Counted from the first letter of the stretch, positions 11,594-21,107 are shown. The stretch is DNA of 57,342 nt from an uncultured bacterium (GCA_963824495.1 CAWGPQ010000019.1:1-57342); one strand, 5' to 3'. Made by a program: numbers and translations. Notes: generated from the letters alone by a model not told the origin.

Positions 11594-12373
11594 TTACTTT
11601 TTGTTATTGTTAGTGGTATAGCTTTCAACAAGCGCAAGCCGATCAGCAATTTCTGGTTGTTTGCTTATCTCATATACTCTTTGATAATATCGCTTAAGTG
11701 CTGGAGCCGTTTCAAACTTCTTCATGCTTTCGAACATGATAGATTTTAATTGATAGCCGCGATAGTAATGTATCGTAAGCCAGCTCAGCACAAATATGCT
11801 CAAGCTTATTGCTAAAGTAAGATGGAGATGCCCACGTGTGTTACTAACGCCTAAGAGATCGCCATAATGTTCTACGTAGAGCTTGCCTAGTCTAAAGAAC
11901 ATGATGCTTACTGCTAGTACTATAAAACCTATGCAAAGAGCTTTACATCTATTAAGCCATTGGTGTTTAAGATAGAGTCCAATAGTAATACTTATCGCCC
12001 GTATTTCCTCTGGCTGTAGCTCCCTAAAGAATTCTTCATTAACCAATATTGCGGTATCAGTGAAAGTGGCTGGTTTTCCCTGAGTGAGCATGATCGATGC
12101 GATAGATGCAGATAATTCTTTAATACTCGTAGCAGTGCTTGCATCAAGGGCTACTTCTTTAAGAGCTGACCGTATCTGTGCATCGAGAGACGGTGACAAT
12201 GGTTCATTACCATAGGTTCCTAAGCGTCCCCAAATAACGATTTGGTGAAGTGTCCAGTACGTACCGATAACCGGTAAGAGCGCAAGAAGCGTGCAGACAA
12301 GATCAGCTGCTATACATGAAAGAGATATCATCGATATATATTCCTCTCGTGATATATTAACATGATATATCAA
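11594..12373 (-). CDS. Hypothetical membrane protein
   Basis: 259-aa ORF with about 3 TM segments; start uncertain. Confidence 0.55.
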   Translation of the reverse strand: MIYHVNISREEYISMISLSCIAADLVCTLLALLPVIGTYWTLHQIVIWGRLGTYGNEPLSPSLDAQIRSALKEVALDASTATSIKELSASIASIMLTQGKPATFTDTAILVNEEFFRELQPEEIRAISITIGLYLKHQWLNRCKALCIGFIVLAVSIMFFRLGKLYVEHYGDLLGVSNTRGHLHLTLAISLSIFVLSWLTIHYYRGYQLKSIMFESMKKFETAPALKRYYQRVYEISKQPEIADRLALVESYTTNNNKK

Positions 12374-12543
12374 AAGGTCACTTATTAAGATATTTGGCTT
12401 ACATAATCTTACTGACAGTCAGTATAGCTTATTTAAACTAAATTGATAACTAGCAGTATGCCATAACTCTCACTCTTTTGACAAAGCATAAAGCACAAGA
12501 TAACTTATTACTAATAAAATTGTCACTTTTAAATAAATATAGC

Positions 12544-13114
12544 TTAAACAAGGACCTCATGTTTGTTGAGCCATTGCTGAGCTGTCTGCTTGCTTATCGC
12601 TATACGAGCGCATGAGTGATAGTTCTTTATAAATTTATCGTAAGAGATATAGTTTTCATATTCTTCCGGGTCTCTAAACTGCCATCCATATGAAGGGGTT
12701 ATTTCTAAAAATATTACGCTATTTTTAGCATAAACCCAGGTGATAAGATTAGGGCTTACGCTGCTTGGAGTTTCCCCAAAGTGAATATCTTAAGCCCACC
12801 CAATATTTTCTTCCTTCAAGCATATCATAGGGCAAATCCCTTTTGTTTTGTAAGTGTTCATTCCATAGGTAACCAATATTTTCTTGAATAGATCCGTGAA
12901 GTTCTAGTCTGCCCTGTAGAGCTCTCTTGAGCATTATGTTAAGGGTGGTAATTGCCTCAATAATAAAATCACGAATATAAAGAACAAATTCTTTATCTTG
13001 ACCGTGAAAAACAACCGTTACCTCGTCATATCTATAGAGATCTTTTTCTTCGCATGGCAAGGTTATTTCGATGCCTTCTAATCTATTGATGATAAATGTA
13101 ATTCGATAGTTCAT
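12544..13114 (-). pseudogene. Putative immunity protein for the upstream Hint-toxin, frameshifted
   Basis: ORF 12749..13114 continues in another frame (ETPSSVSPNLITWVYAKNSVIFLEITPSYGWQFRDPEE...WLNKHEVLV*, stop at 12544) if one G is removed from the G4 run (+ strand CCCC at 12774-12777). Immunity role inferred from position. Confidence 0.6.
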
Positions 13115-13118
13115 TTTT

Positions 13119-14015
13119 TCACGATCTTTCCTTTGTCGGTAACCATATTCTTTGAGTGAGATCTTGCCATGTTCTAACGTGGCCGTGATACATGCCTTCA
13201 GCTGTTCTACTTAGAACAACAAATTCTCCATCGCTTATTCCCCCTCTGCAATTCGATGTATCTCTGATTTGTACTGAATTGTCGAGGGCGCCTTGGCCAT
13301 TAATTGGACCTTTGCTTTTGAGCCCGTTATCTTTTCTTCCATGATAAGGCGCGTCTTCATATATACCATAGGGCTTATTTCTTCTATCTTTGTCATCCGG
13401 CTCTTGTGGATTATAGAAACTTCCTCTTGCTCTTATTCCTGCACTCTTGAGCAGCTTATTAAGCAATATAAAGCCACCAGCTGCGCATAAGTTTACTAAG
13501 CTGGTAAATAGTATTTCTCCTGCAGTAGTTACAGTAATGATAGGGACAAAGATAGCGAAATTGTGTACAACGATGTCTTGTTTAGAGACACAAAAGTTAT
13601 GGTAATCTTTGACTGAGAGCGTAAAAACTATGGCTTCTTTTTGTATTTCGGTAATGTCGTTAATGCGTACATAATTATTGCTCGCCGCCAAGAGAACTTG
13701 ACCTTCCTCAAGTTTTTGTGCTCGAACCCAACGCTTTTCTAATGGCAGGTAAAATCTATGCTTAGGTGCTACATATATTGCTTTGTTGTCGGTTGCAATT
13801 TTAAGGTGGCTTTTGACTAACTTTTGAGAAATAGCAACAATCGGCTTTATATCACAAGAGCTCTTAAAATCGTAACAGATGATCAAATCATCCTTGGCTA
13901 ATTTGTCAATAGCTGTATAACCACCTGGCATTTTAACCAATGTTTCAGCAATGAAGCCCTCGCCAAAAAGGAATCGAGAGAAGGATAGCACAAGAAAAAG
14001 GAGCTTATAGACCAC
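13119..14015 (-). CDS. Signal peptide + Hint domain + C-terminal toxin domain (polymorphic toxin); extreme C-terminus frameshifted
   Basis: EGFIAETLVK...HRFY...WVRAQKL...VFTLSVKDYHNFCV...VVHN is a Hint domain (13958-13560). The C-terminal YHG..DN..KSKGP.NGQ.ALDNSVQ...YHGHVRTWQDL segment is toxin-like. Confidence 0.85.
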   Translation of the reverse strand: MVYKLLFLVLSFSRFLFGEGFIAETLVKMPGGYTAIDKLAKDDLIICYDFKSSCDIKPIVAISQKLVKSHLKIATDNKAIYVAPKHRFYLPLEKRWVRAQKLEEGQVLLAASNNYVRINDITEIQKEAIVFTLSVKDYHNFCVSKQDIVVHNFAIFVPIITVTTAGEILFTSLVNLCAAGGFILLNKLLKSAGIRARGSFYNPQEPDDKDRRNKPYGIYEDAPYHGRKDNGLKSKGPINGQGALDNSVQIRDTSNCRGGISDGEFVVLSRTAEGMYHGHVRTWQDLTQRIWLPTKERS

Positions 14016-14227
14016 GATAAACCTTCACGAGGGTAAAAAAACGCTATCTTTATCACCGAGCTTAAAAAATGAATCTATCGAGATGCAAGGATCCACAGTC
14101 TTTTAAACAGGTGCTTATTGCCTAACTTGTCAAACCGACGAAGGCAAGAAAAGGAGTATAGCCTGTCTTGGGTTATAAGATCATATACGGTAGCTTTTTC
14201 ATAAGTGCTTACTCGCTAAAAAGTGTA

Positions 14228-14416
14228 ATTAAGGTAGTTGAAGTGCTTATAGATCAGGGTGCTAACGTTGATCATACAGCTAATAACCATCGCACTGCTC
14301 TTATGTTAGCAGTTAAAGAGGGCCATACAGATATAGTAAGAATGCTTATAGAAGCTGGCCTGCCATACGAAGCTCGAAGAGCGAAGTGTGGCGCTGATGT
14401 TAATCATAGTTTTTAG
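14228..14416 (+). pseudogene. Ankyrin-repeat gene fragment with an in-frame 33-nt insertion
   Basis: VVEVLIDQGANVDH...TALMLAVKEGHTDIVRMLIEAG[LPYEARRAKCG]ADVNH; no leader or C-terminus. Confidence 0.75.
14360..14392. repeat. Small palindromic inserted element
   Basis: CTGCCATACGAAGCTCGAAGAGCGAAGTGTGGC: outer GCCATAC/GTGTGGC stem and inner GCTC/GAGC stem. TGGC precedes it and also ends it. Confidence 0.7.
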
Positions 14417-14527
14417 TAATGTATTTATAAACTCTCCTTTATAGTTAAAAAGTAATAGAAAGATATTAAAACCCCGAGTCTTAAGTTAACATATAAAATA
14501 TTCGGCTTGCAACAAAAAAAGATAAAT

Positions 14528-14922
14528 GGCGAATTGTGAAATTAAAAAATTGAAAGCTATAAGGTGAGCTAGAGCTTCCATAGATGCTACCGTAGCCGCA
14601 TAAGACCGGTAGGAAAAATATTATGATGGACTGTAAAGATATTAGTGGAAACTTGAAATTTTTAGCACATTTAAACCAAAATTCCCTATCTTAACCGACA
14701 TAATAAGGCCATCCTTAAAAAAGGAAGCTTACCGAAAGCGTTTTTAGCTGCCTAAAAAGACGACTAAAGCTCCCACGCCGATTCTCTCGTTCTGTTCGCG
14801 GTTTTCTTGTCCATTGTTAAGTGGGCTGTCATCGCCTATTCTATGAATAAAATATTTAAAAACAGCGATGAAATTGAATTATTACCACTCATCAGTCCCG
14901 TGGGATTATTTCATAATTCGCC
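14528..14922 (+). mobile_element. Internally deleted IS982-like element (MITE-like, 395 bp)
   Basis: 15-bp terminal inverted repeats with 1 mismatch (GGCGAATTGTGAAAT / ATTTCATAATTCGCC). AAT flanks both ends. Internal relic RKLTESVFSCLKRRLKLPRRFSRSVRGFLVH..KWAVIAY resembles a DDE transposase C-terminus. Confidence 0.8.
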
Positions 14923-15014
14923 AATTACACTGCTATCTATTGCTTAATCTGAAATATTTAGTTTATATTTAAATATATATACCTCTATAAATATTTAAAT
15001 AGCGGCGATTAACT

Positions 15015-16241
15015 ATGATTAAAAGACGTACAGAACTAGGTAGAACCGTGCTTGCTCTGGGATTATTACTGAACTCTACGAGCTATAGCATAGAAGGCCA
15101 ACAGGGCCTTAACACTGCCACTAAAGAGTTACTACAAGCAACCAAAAGAAGAGAAGCTCTTAATATATATTTAGCTCTCATGGCAGGCGCTAGCATTGAC
15201 CAAGAAAGTAACGGTTATACTCCGCTTATGGGGGCAGTTGAAAGCGCAAACGATGGATTAGTTCAACTACTTATAGAGCACGGTGCTCATATTAATTACG
15301 CTAATATTATGGGTAACACTGCACTGAGACTAGCCGTTAACGGTGGGCTTACAAACATAGCTCAATTGCTTATAGAGCATGGAGCTGATATTAATGCTAT
15401 CGATCATCTTGGCTATACCCCTCTTATGCTCAGTCTTATTAATCTCATAAGATTAAGTCTTGAAAAGAAACAGCTTACTCAAGAACTGGCAACACTTCGA
15501 CTTCTTATCGAACATGGAGCACGACTACCAGGCGAAGAGTATTACCAAATAGTTGCTGATACTTTTCCTAGCATTGCTCAAGAACTATCGCCAGAAGCTA
15601 TCATGGCAAGAGTGCTCAATAAAGCACTTGAGGGTAACCGGCTTGCTTATGCAGCAGCCCGAGGTGATAGAAAGCGCATAGCAGAATTGCTTTCTACTCT
15701 ACCACCTGAAGTGAGAGCTGAGAATATAGCATTACAACAGGCAGCCCAGGCTGGATCACTATCTCTTTTGCAGAAGATACAAGCACATTTTAAAGGCTTA
15801 CTTAATAGCTTCTTTACCCCTGCCCAACAAGCCAAGTTTCTTAATATCAACCATCAAGATACTCAAGGTATGACAGCGCTCCACTGGGCTGCTGCTCAAG
15901 GACACGCTGATATTGTCCGTGATTTGCTTAATGCTGGGGCCAACTTCAGACTCGTAAATAACGGGGGGTTAACTGCTTTTCAGCTTGCCCAACGTAATAG
16001 ACGCGAAGGAACTATGCGTGATGATATCGCTATGGTAAGACGGTACCAAGGTGTCACAGAGCTCTTGCATAATTATGAAAATATACCGGCAGCACGAGAA
16101 GCTTTACAAAGGGCATTTAGAGAGTTGCCAAGGCCAGAAACCCTTCAACATTATGCAGGCTTTAATCCAGATGAGATAATTAAGCACATTATTGAATATC
16201 AGCTGAGATCTCCTGCCGCCATTGACACCACATCAAAATAA
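15015..16241 (+). CDS. Secreted ankyrin-repeat protein
   Basis: Signal peptide; several GxTPL/TAL ANK repeats; LAYAAARGD block; GMTALHWAAAQGH; C-terminal FNPDEIIKHIIEY. Confidence 0.9.
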   Translation: MIKRRTELGRTVLALGLLLNSTSYSIEGQQGLNTATKELLQATKRREALNIYLALMAGASIDQESNGYTPLMGAVESANDGLVQLLIEHGAHINYANIMGNTALRLAVNGGLTNIAQLLIEHGADINAIDHLGYTPLMLSLINLIRLSLEKKQLTQELATLRLLIEHGARLPGEEYYQIVADTFPSIAQELSPEAIMARVLNKALEGNRLAYAAARGDRKRIAELLSTLPPEVRAENIALQQAAQAGSLSLLQKIQAHFKGLLNSFFTPAQQAKFLNINHQDTQGMTALHWAAAQGHADIVRDLLNAGANFRLVNNGGLTAFQLAQRNRREGTMRDDIAMVRRYQGVTELLHNYENIPAAREALQRAFRELPRPETLQHYAGFNPDEIIKHIIEYQLRSPAAIDTTSK

Positions 16242-16363
16242 CCACGTAGTCTCGATAGTCTAGGCACATCTTGCTTATCTTGCCGCAAGTATGCCATTTT
16301 TAAACTACACCAAAATATGCGATGAATTCTATCGCTCAACAAAGACAACATAAGGGGATCACT

Positions 16364-18142
16364 ATGAAGCATGTCTTACGTTCTTTGATGACTCTATCGC
16401 TCCTTACAGCAGGACACAGCAACGCTTCTCTTTATACCGTAACGAATCATACCGTAACAAAAAAATTCAACGCTCCCTGTACCTGTGGCAAGAAAAATCT
16501 TGCCTGCTGCTCTAGTAAAAGTAAAAAACTTGATACGATTATAGCAAGCCTTAAGCTTAAATCAGCATGTGCTGACTATATTATTGTAGGCCTTGGAACC
16601 GCAGGCACGGTGCTAGCACGCTATTTATCAGACAACATTAACAATAAAGTTCTTGTCCTAGAAGCAGGTAAGAATTACTCACATGATCCGGTAATTCTTA
16701 ATGCCAATAACCCCTTTGCTCCATCTTTTTCAGCAAAATATACACGGGACATTGTGGTTCATGATCCTACCATTCCAGCTCTTCTTGATTTTAGCAACGG
16801 CAGAACATGGGGTGGCTCAAGCGCTATCTATTGGCTTTTTATGCAACGAGGAAGCGCTGATAGATATAATGACTGGGCTGTTATATCGGGCAATCCGCGC
16901 TGGACCTACAACAATTTATTACCATTTATGAAGTTTCTCGAGAAATTTGTTCCCGATGATACTATTCCAAACCTTAAGCAAAGAGGAGTCCATGGTCCTA
17001 TCGTAATAACGCAAGAGCCACCTGTTAATAATCTACCTCTTGCTCAAGCAACATCGCGGGTAACGGGAGCTCCTTTAGTGCCTGATAATAATGATGTATC
17101 ACTGGGCGTCTCAGCAAATCAGTTATATCTTAAACGAGTAAATGACCGGTCTATTCGCTCGTTTGCTAGCAACGCGTTTCTTCCACCATCTGTTGTAAGT
17201 CCTACGGGAAAAGGTGTGGGGAATCGCCAACTTACCATTATTTCAAGTGCTACGGTTACTAAAATACTCTTTAAGGGCAACAAAGCAATAGGTGTGGAAT
17301 ATATTCTTGATAATAATAAAGAACAGATACGGAGAGCATTTGCTAAAAAGAAAGTTATTGTGTGTGCTGGAGCGGTATCACCAGCTTTATTGCAACTATC
17401 AGGCATTGGTGATGCTATGCTTTTGCAACGACAAGGGATTAACGTTTTGGTAAATAATCCCAACGTTGGAAGAAGCTTACAAGTACATTATGGGGCAAAA
17501 GCGGTAATCAAAGGAGCATTGCCTCAAGGATTTACGGCTTTTATCAATTTAAATCGTATCGGAAAAATAAGAAAGTATCAACTTCTGGTTTTGCCAGGCT
17601 CTTTTTTTGTAGACCCTGGAATTATTACAAGCTTAAACCTTACCAATCAGCCCATCATTACGGTATCGGCATATAATATGCGCCCTAAAAGCAAAGGATC
17701 TATCTTAATTCCCAATAATGATCCGCTTACTTTTCCACTAGTCAACTATAATCTCTACTCAGATGGTGGCCTAAACGATCCAGGATCAGATGCTTCAGAA
17801 ATTGTTCGAGTGTTTAAAATTATAAAGCATATCGCTGATAATGCAGGACTTGAACTTGCATATCCTCCGGTCAATCATTATCCTCCCATAGGAAGCGATC
17901 AACAGCTTTTTGAAGATGCCAAAGCTTCAGTAGTAGTAACCGATCATTTCACTGCAACTTGTAAAATGGGTACTTCTATAACAAACGGTGTCGTAGATGG
18001 TAATTTACACGTATTTGGGGTTGAGAATCTTATGGTTGCTGATAATAGTATTGCACCCGTGCCTGCAACAGGTAATACTGGCTGGCAAGCATATGTAATT
18101 GGTATTATCGCGGCACATATTCTTGGCTTTCAGCTACCATAA
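16364..18142 (+). CDS. GMC-family oxidoreductase with signal peptide and Cys-rich N-terminus
   Basis: DYIIVGLGTAG FAD motif, VLVLEAG, GRTWGGSSAI, LLQLSGIG, DHFTATCKMG, VVDGNLHVFGVENLMVAD and GNT. AAGGGG precedes ATG 16364. Confidence 0.92.
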   Translation: MKHVLRSLMTLSLLTAGHSNASLYTVTNHTVTKKFNAPCTCGKKNLACCSSKSKKLDTIIASLKLKSACADYIIVGLGTAGTVLARYLSDNINNKVLVLEAGKNYSHDPVILNANNPFAPSFSAKYTRDIVVHDPTIPALLDFSNGRTWGGSSAIYWLFMQRGSADRYNDWAVISGNPRWTYNNLLPFMKFLEKFVPDDTIPNLKQRGVHGPIVITQEPPVNNLPLAQATSRVTGAPLVPDNNDVSLGVSANQLYLKRVNDRSIRSFASNAFLPPSVVSPTGKGVGNRQLTIISSATVTKILFKGNKAIGVEYILDNNKEQIRRAFAKKKVIVCAGAVSPALLQLSGIGDAMLLQRQGINVLVNNPNVGRSLQVHYGAKAVIKGALPQGFTAFINLNRIGKIRKYQLLVLPGSFFVDPGIITSLNLTNQPIITVSAYNMRPKSKGSILIPNNDPLTFPLVNYNLYSDGGLNDPGSDASEIVRVFKIIKHIADNAGLELAYPPVNHYPPIGSDQQLFEDAKASVVVTDHFTATCKMGTSITNGVVDGNLHVFGVENLMVADNSIAPVPATGNTGWQAYVIGIIAAHILGFQLP

Positions 18143-18429
18143 AAGAAAGCTTTCGCTGAAGAGAGAGTGCCCCTTAGAAACCCACCCGGGGGGTAACCCT
18201 ATTTTTTTACCGGACTAAACCAAGAAAGCGCCAAGTTTTAACTTGGGGATGAATTGGTTTGAGTGTTATGATATACTATCAATACTATGATATTAACATA
18301 TAAAATTAAGCAAAATAAATGATTTTCTCAAGAATTGATTAAAGCACGAGAAGTTGCTGAATTTGCCCTTGCGACCAAGAGCAGAACTTCTAAAGATGTT
18401 AAAGATATTGGTTTGCCTTCGTATATCTC

Positions 18430-18792
18430 CAAGCTTGGAGGCCGATAATAGGCACCCGGTTTTTCTTCTTCTTCGTGCTTTGGAATAGGTTGAATTTTTA
18501 CGGATACATTTGGTTTGAGATCAAATAAATCGTACAGTTCTTTTTGGCATCGTTTAAGAATCAACCGAAATTGTTCAAGGCATTGCTTGCGCCCTTCATC
18601 AGTTTGAGGATAATAGAATCGATTGTCTTGTGAAAGCTCTTGAACTAGTTTGCTTACGTTTTTGTTGAGGTTTATGATATTTTCAGGAGCGAGTATGGTG
18701 CGCATTTCTTCTTGAATACGATGAACTTCTTTTAATCCTAACGCATTAATTTCATCGGCAGATAGGTTCAACGTAGTATGGTGCTCAAGCAT
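18430..18792 (-). pseudogene. Internal fragment of a DUF885-family protein
   Basis: HHTTLNLSADEINALGLKEVHRIQEEM and PGAYYRPPS resemble the DUF885 core; both termini are missing. Confidence 0.75.
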
Positions 18793-19069
18793 ATATGCTC
18801 GCGTATACCAATAGACTCAAAGATACCTGGGCTGCATCTTTGTTGGTAGTGGCGATAGAGCTATTTGATGTAAGTATTTCAACAATATTAAGTGCATCGT
18901 TTTTGTTATTTTTTGCTGTGTGTAGCAGAGCTTGCCAATACAGAGCAGCAGTTGGTTTATCTGCAAATAGCCTATTCGGATTCGGTTCTTGCAGGTATAT
19001 AGGTCGTAATGTTGTTGTCGGTGACAGTGCTATAGTTATCATAATGATCAAATGATTCATGTACTTCAT
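18785..19069 (-). CDS. Short signal-peptide ORF, probably a gene remnant
   Basis: Hydrophobic N-terminus; ends where the DUF885 fragment begins. Confidence 0.35.
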   Translation of the reverse strand: MKYMNHLIIMITIALSPTTTLRPIYLQEPNPNRLFADKPTAALYWQALLHTAKNNKNDALNIVEILTSNSSIATTNKDAAQVSLSLLVYASIYA

Positions 19070-19197
19070 GCTAGACTCTTAAGAGGTTTGTTTTTGCTTG
19101 CTTGATAGTAATATGCTGCATAAGTCTAGCTTAGCTAAAAATATAGTATACTATTTCTTGTATACTTAAAAATGAGCTTTTTTCTTTGAGGATAGCT

Positions 19198-20562
19198 ATG
19201 AATAATCGTATAGTTCTTATGAGCCTGAGCATGTTAGTTTTTTGCACATTATGTTGTCTTAGTTGTCTTAATGGTGTTCAAGATACTCTTTGTTATGGGG
19301 GCTTGACAGAGGCTATGCTCATACGCACAGCAACAGAGCAGTATGCATGGAGAAAAGATTTTTTTAGTGACATTATGGGTGTCGAAGAAGATGTTACTTT
19401 TATACGATATTGGAATTATAAAGATAAAGTTCCCTATAATAATTTTGCCCGTAAATTTTTATCAGTTGTTGAACGAGAAGGTAAAAAGCAGTATATACTT
19501 ACAGGAAAAAATGGCCTTGAGTTTCAGGCGGGATATTTTCAGGAGCTTTCTATCGGGCAGCTTCGAGAATTTGAAAAGACTATGCCAAAACCCGGTGGCG
19601 GCTCACTGAGTGTTAGAGAGGGTTATCAGACACAGTTAGACTCGCCGTGGAGACGCAATCTTGATATTGGTGCGCTCCAAGCAGAACCTGCCAATCGAGA
19701 TGCCGTGTTTCAGGTTGCATCAAATTTTAACGCGCTTGAACCTATCAGTCTCCGTGATTATCCAGAGTATGGTATAACGGGTTATATAGGTGATTATACA
19801 CAAAGTCCCTTTGCAGCGCTATCGGCAGCACCTGGTCTTATTTACCGCATGTATTATTTATTTTATGATCCTTTGACTGAGCCTATAGTATGGCGGCAAA
19901 CCAAAGAGCACAGCCTTAATCTACTAGATCAGGTGGCAGAGTATTTTCCCGTGGTTAATGGTTATGTAGATTTTAAACATGGTGAAGTTATGAAGCCTAA
20001 TCGAGAGATATCGTCTACCAGAGTAGCTAAGATTAGTGAAAAGCTTAAGCAAGAAGTTTTGCCTGAAGAACAGCTTAAGATTAAGATAGGGTTTCATCGC
20101 GATATACAAGTCACCAATGGGTTGGTACATGATATACAACACGTTACGTTCTATAACCCTCAGCAGCTTATTAATCAAGTTTTTACTGCTGCATTAGATC
20201 TTGGTTGTTATAACGCTGACTTTAAAGATAACGAAGATGCTCAAAAGAGAGCACAAATTCTTTTAGATGCTGCGTATGAAGGTACACTTAAATCTGCGGC
20301 TTTTTATGGCAAGAAGAAGGTTTTTTTGACGCTTGTAGGCGGTGGTGTTTTTGCCAATGATCTTGATTGGATTGCTTGTGCCATAGAAAAAAATAAATCT
20401 TTTATAGAGCAGGCAGGTCTTGAGGTAATCTTAATTATGTATGATCTGCAACGTTTGATTAATAAGCAGGGTATAGAAAAAGCCATGACGTTCAAAGCAA
20501 GGATGCTTGCATTAAGCAATGAGACTCAGGGAAGCTATACGTGCTATTATCACACGTACTAG
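19198..20562 (+). CDS. Secreted hypothetical protein with VFQVASNFNALE and LTLVGGGVFAN motifs (possibly macrodomain-like)
   Basis: GAGGA Shine-Dalgarno, signal peptide, long ORF. Fold assignment is an inference from the GGGVF loop. Confidence 0.7.
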   Translation: MNNRIVLMSLSMLVFCTLCCLSCLNGVQDTLCYGGLTEAMLIRTATEQYAWRKDFFSDIMGVEEDVTFIRYWNYKDKVPYNNFARKFLSVVEREGKKQYILTGKNGLEFQAGYFQELSIGQLREFEKTMPKPGGGSLSVREGYQTQLDSPWRRNLDIGALQAEPANRDAVFQVASNFNALEPISLRDYPEYGITGYIGDYTQSPFAALSAAPGLIYRMYYLFYDPLTEPIVWRQTKEHSLNLLDQVAEYFPVVNGYVDFKHGEVMKPNREISSTRVAKISEKLKQEVLPEEQLKIKIGFHRDIQVTNGLVHDIQHVTFYNPQQLINQVFTAALDLGCYNADFKDNEDAQKRAQILLDAAYEGTLKSAAFYGKKKVFLTLVGGGVFANDLDWIACAIEKNKSFIEQAGLEVILIMYDLQRLINKQGIEKAMTFKARMLALSNETQGSYTCYYHTY

Positions 20563-20576
20563 CGTTCAGCTTCTTG

Positions 20577-21104
20577 CTATATAATCTGTGTTGTTACACT
20601 AAATTCTACTTCGTTTGTTGCTTGCTTAAGATTGGTTAGTTTAATAGAGCATAGCTGAGGGCAGCCAATAAGTGCGTCAAGAAATGTCATCGCCGCTGCT
20701 TGAGTGTGCGCATTGCCGTGTAATAGTATCGTTCGAGGATGCTCAAAGTTAATACTCTTCAGACGAACGTTATGAGGAATAAGGTGGGCTAGTAGAGTGA
20801 TATACCTAGTTGGTGCGCCACCAGCCTTGCGTAAACGCTGAAATTTTGAAAGCTTTGCAGAGACAGTTTCGTAGCGCTTTTTTATGGTAGCGAGCTCATT
20901 ACACAGGGTATCAAGTTCGAAATTGCACTGGTTAAGTGCTTTTTGTTTGCAGTAAAGTTTGTAGAGTTGAGCTAACTGATGAGCTTGTAGTATCCCGAGA
21001 GTACCAAGAACCATGAGAATGAGCACGCGTGATACTGTGTACCATTGTATAAGAGATCGCTGAGTCTTTGCCGGTAAGGTTGGCGAGAAACTAAAGTGCT
21101 TCAT
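20577..21104 (-). CDS. PilN/GspL-like protein
   Basis: N-terminal TM, coiled coil, then IPHNVRLKSI...LLHGNA...F.DAL pattern of the PilN domain. Confidence 0.7.
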   Translation of the reverse strand: MKHFSFSPTLPAKTQRSLIQWYTVSRVLILMVLGTLGILQAHQLAQLYKLYCKQKALNQCNFELDTLCNELATIKKRYETVSAKLSKFQRLRKAGGAPTRYITLLAHLIPHNVRLKSINFEHPRTILLHGNAHTQAAAMTFLDALIGCPQLCSIKLTNLKQATNEVEFSVTTQII

Positions 21105-21107
21105 GGA

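Noticed and set aside
13560..13958. Hint domain as a true splicing intein
   Set aside because: No Cys/Ser at position 1, Phe at +1, no endonuclease and no conserved host protein.
18165..18210. GC patch CCCACCCGGGGGG followed by a T-run after the GMC gene
   Set aside because: Stem is short and imperfect; cannot be called a terminator or an element end with confidence.
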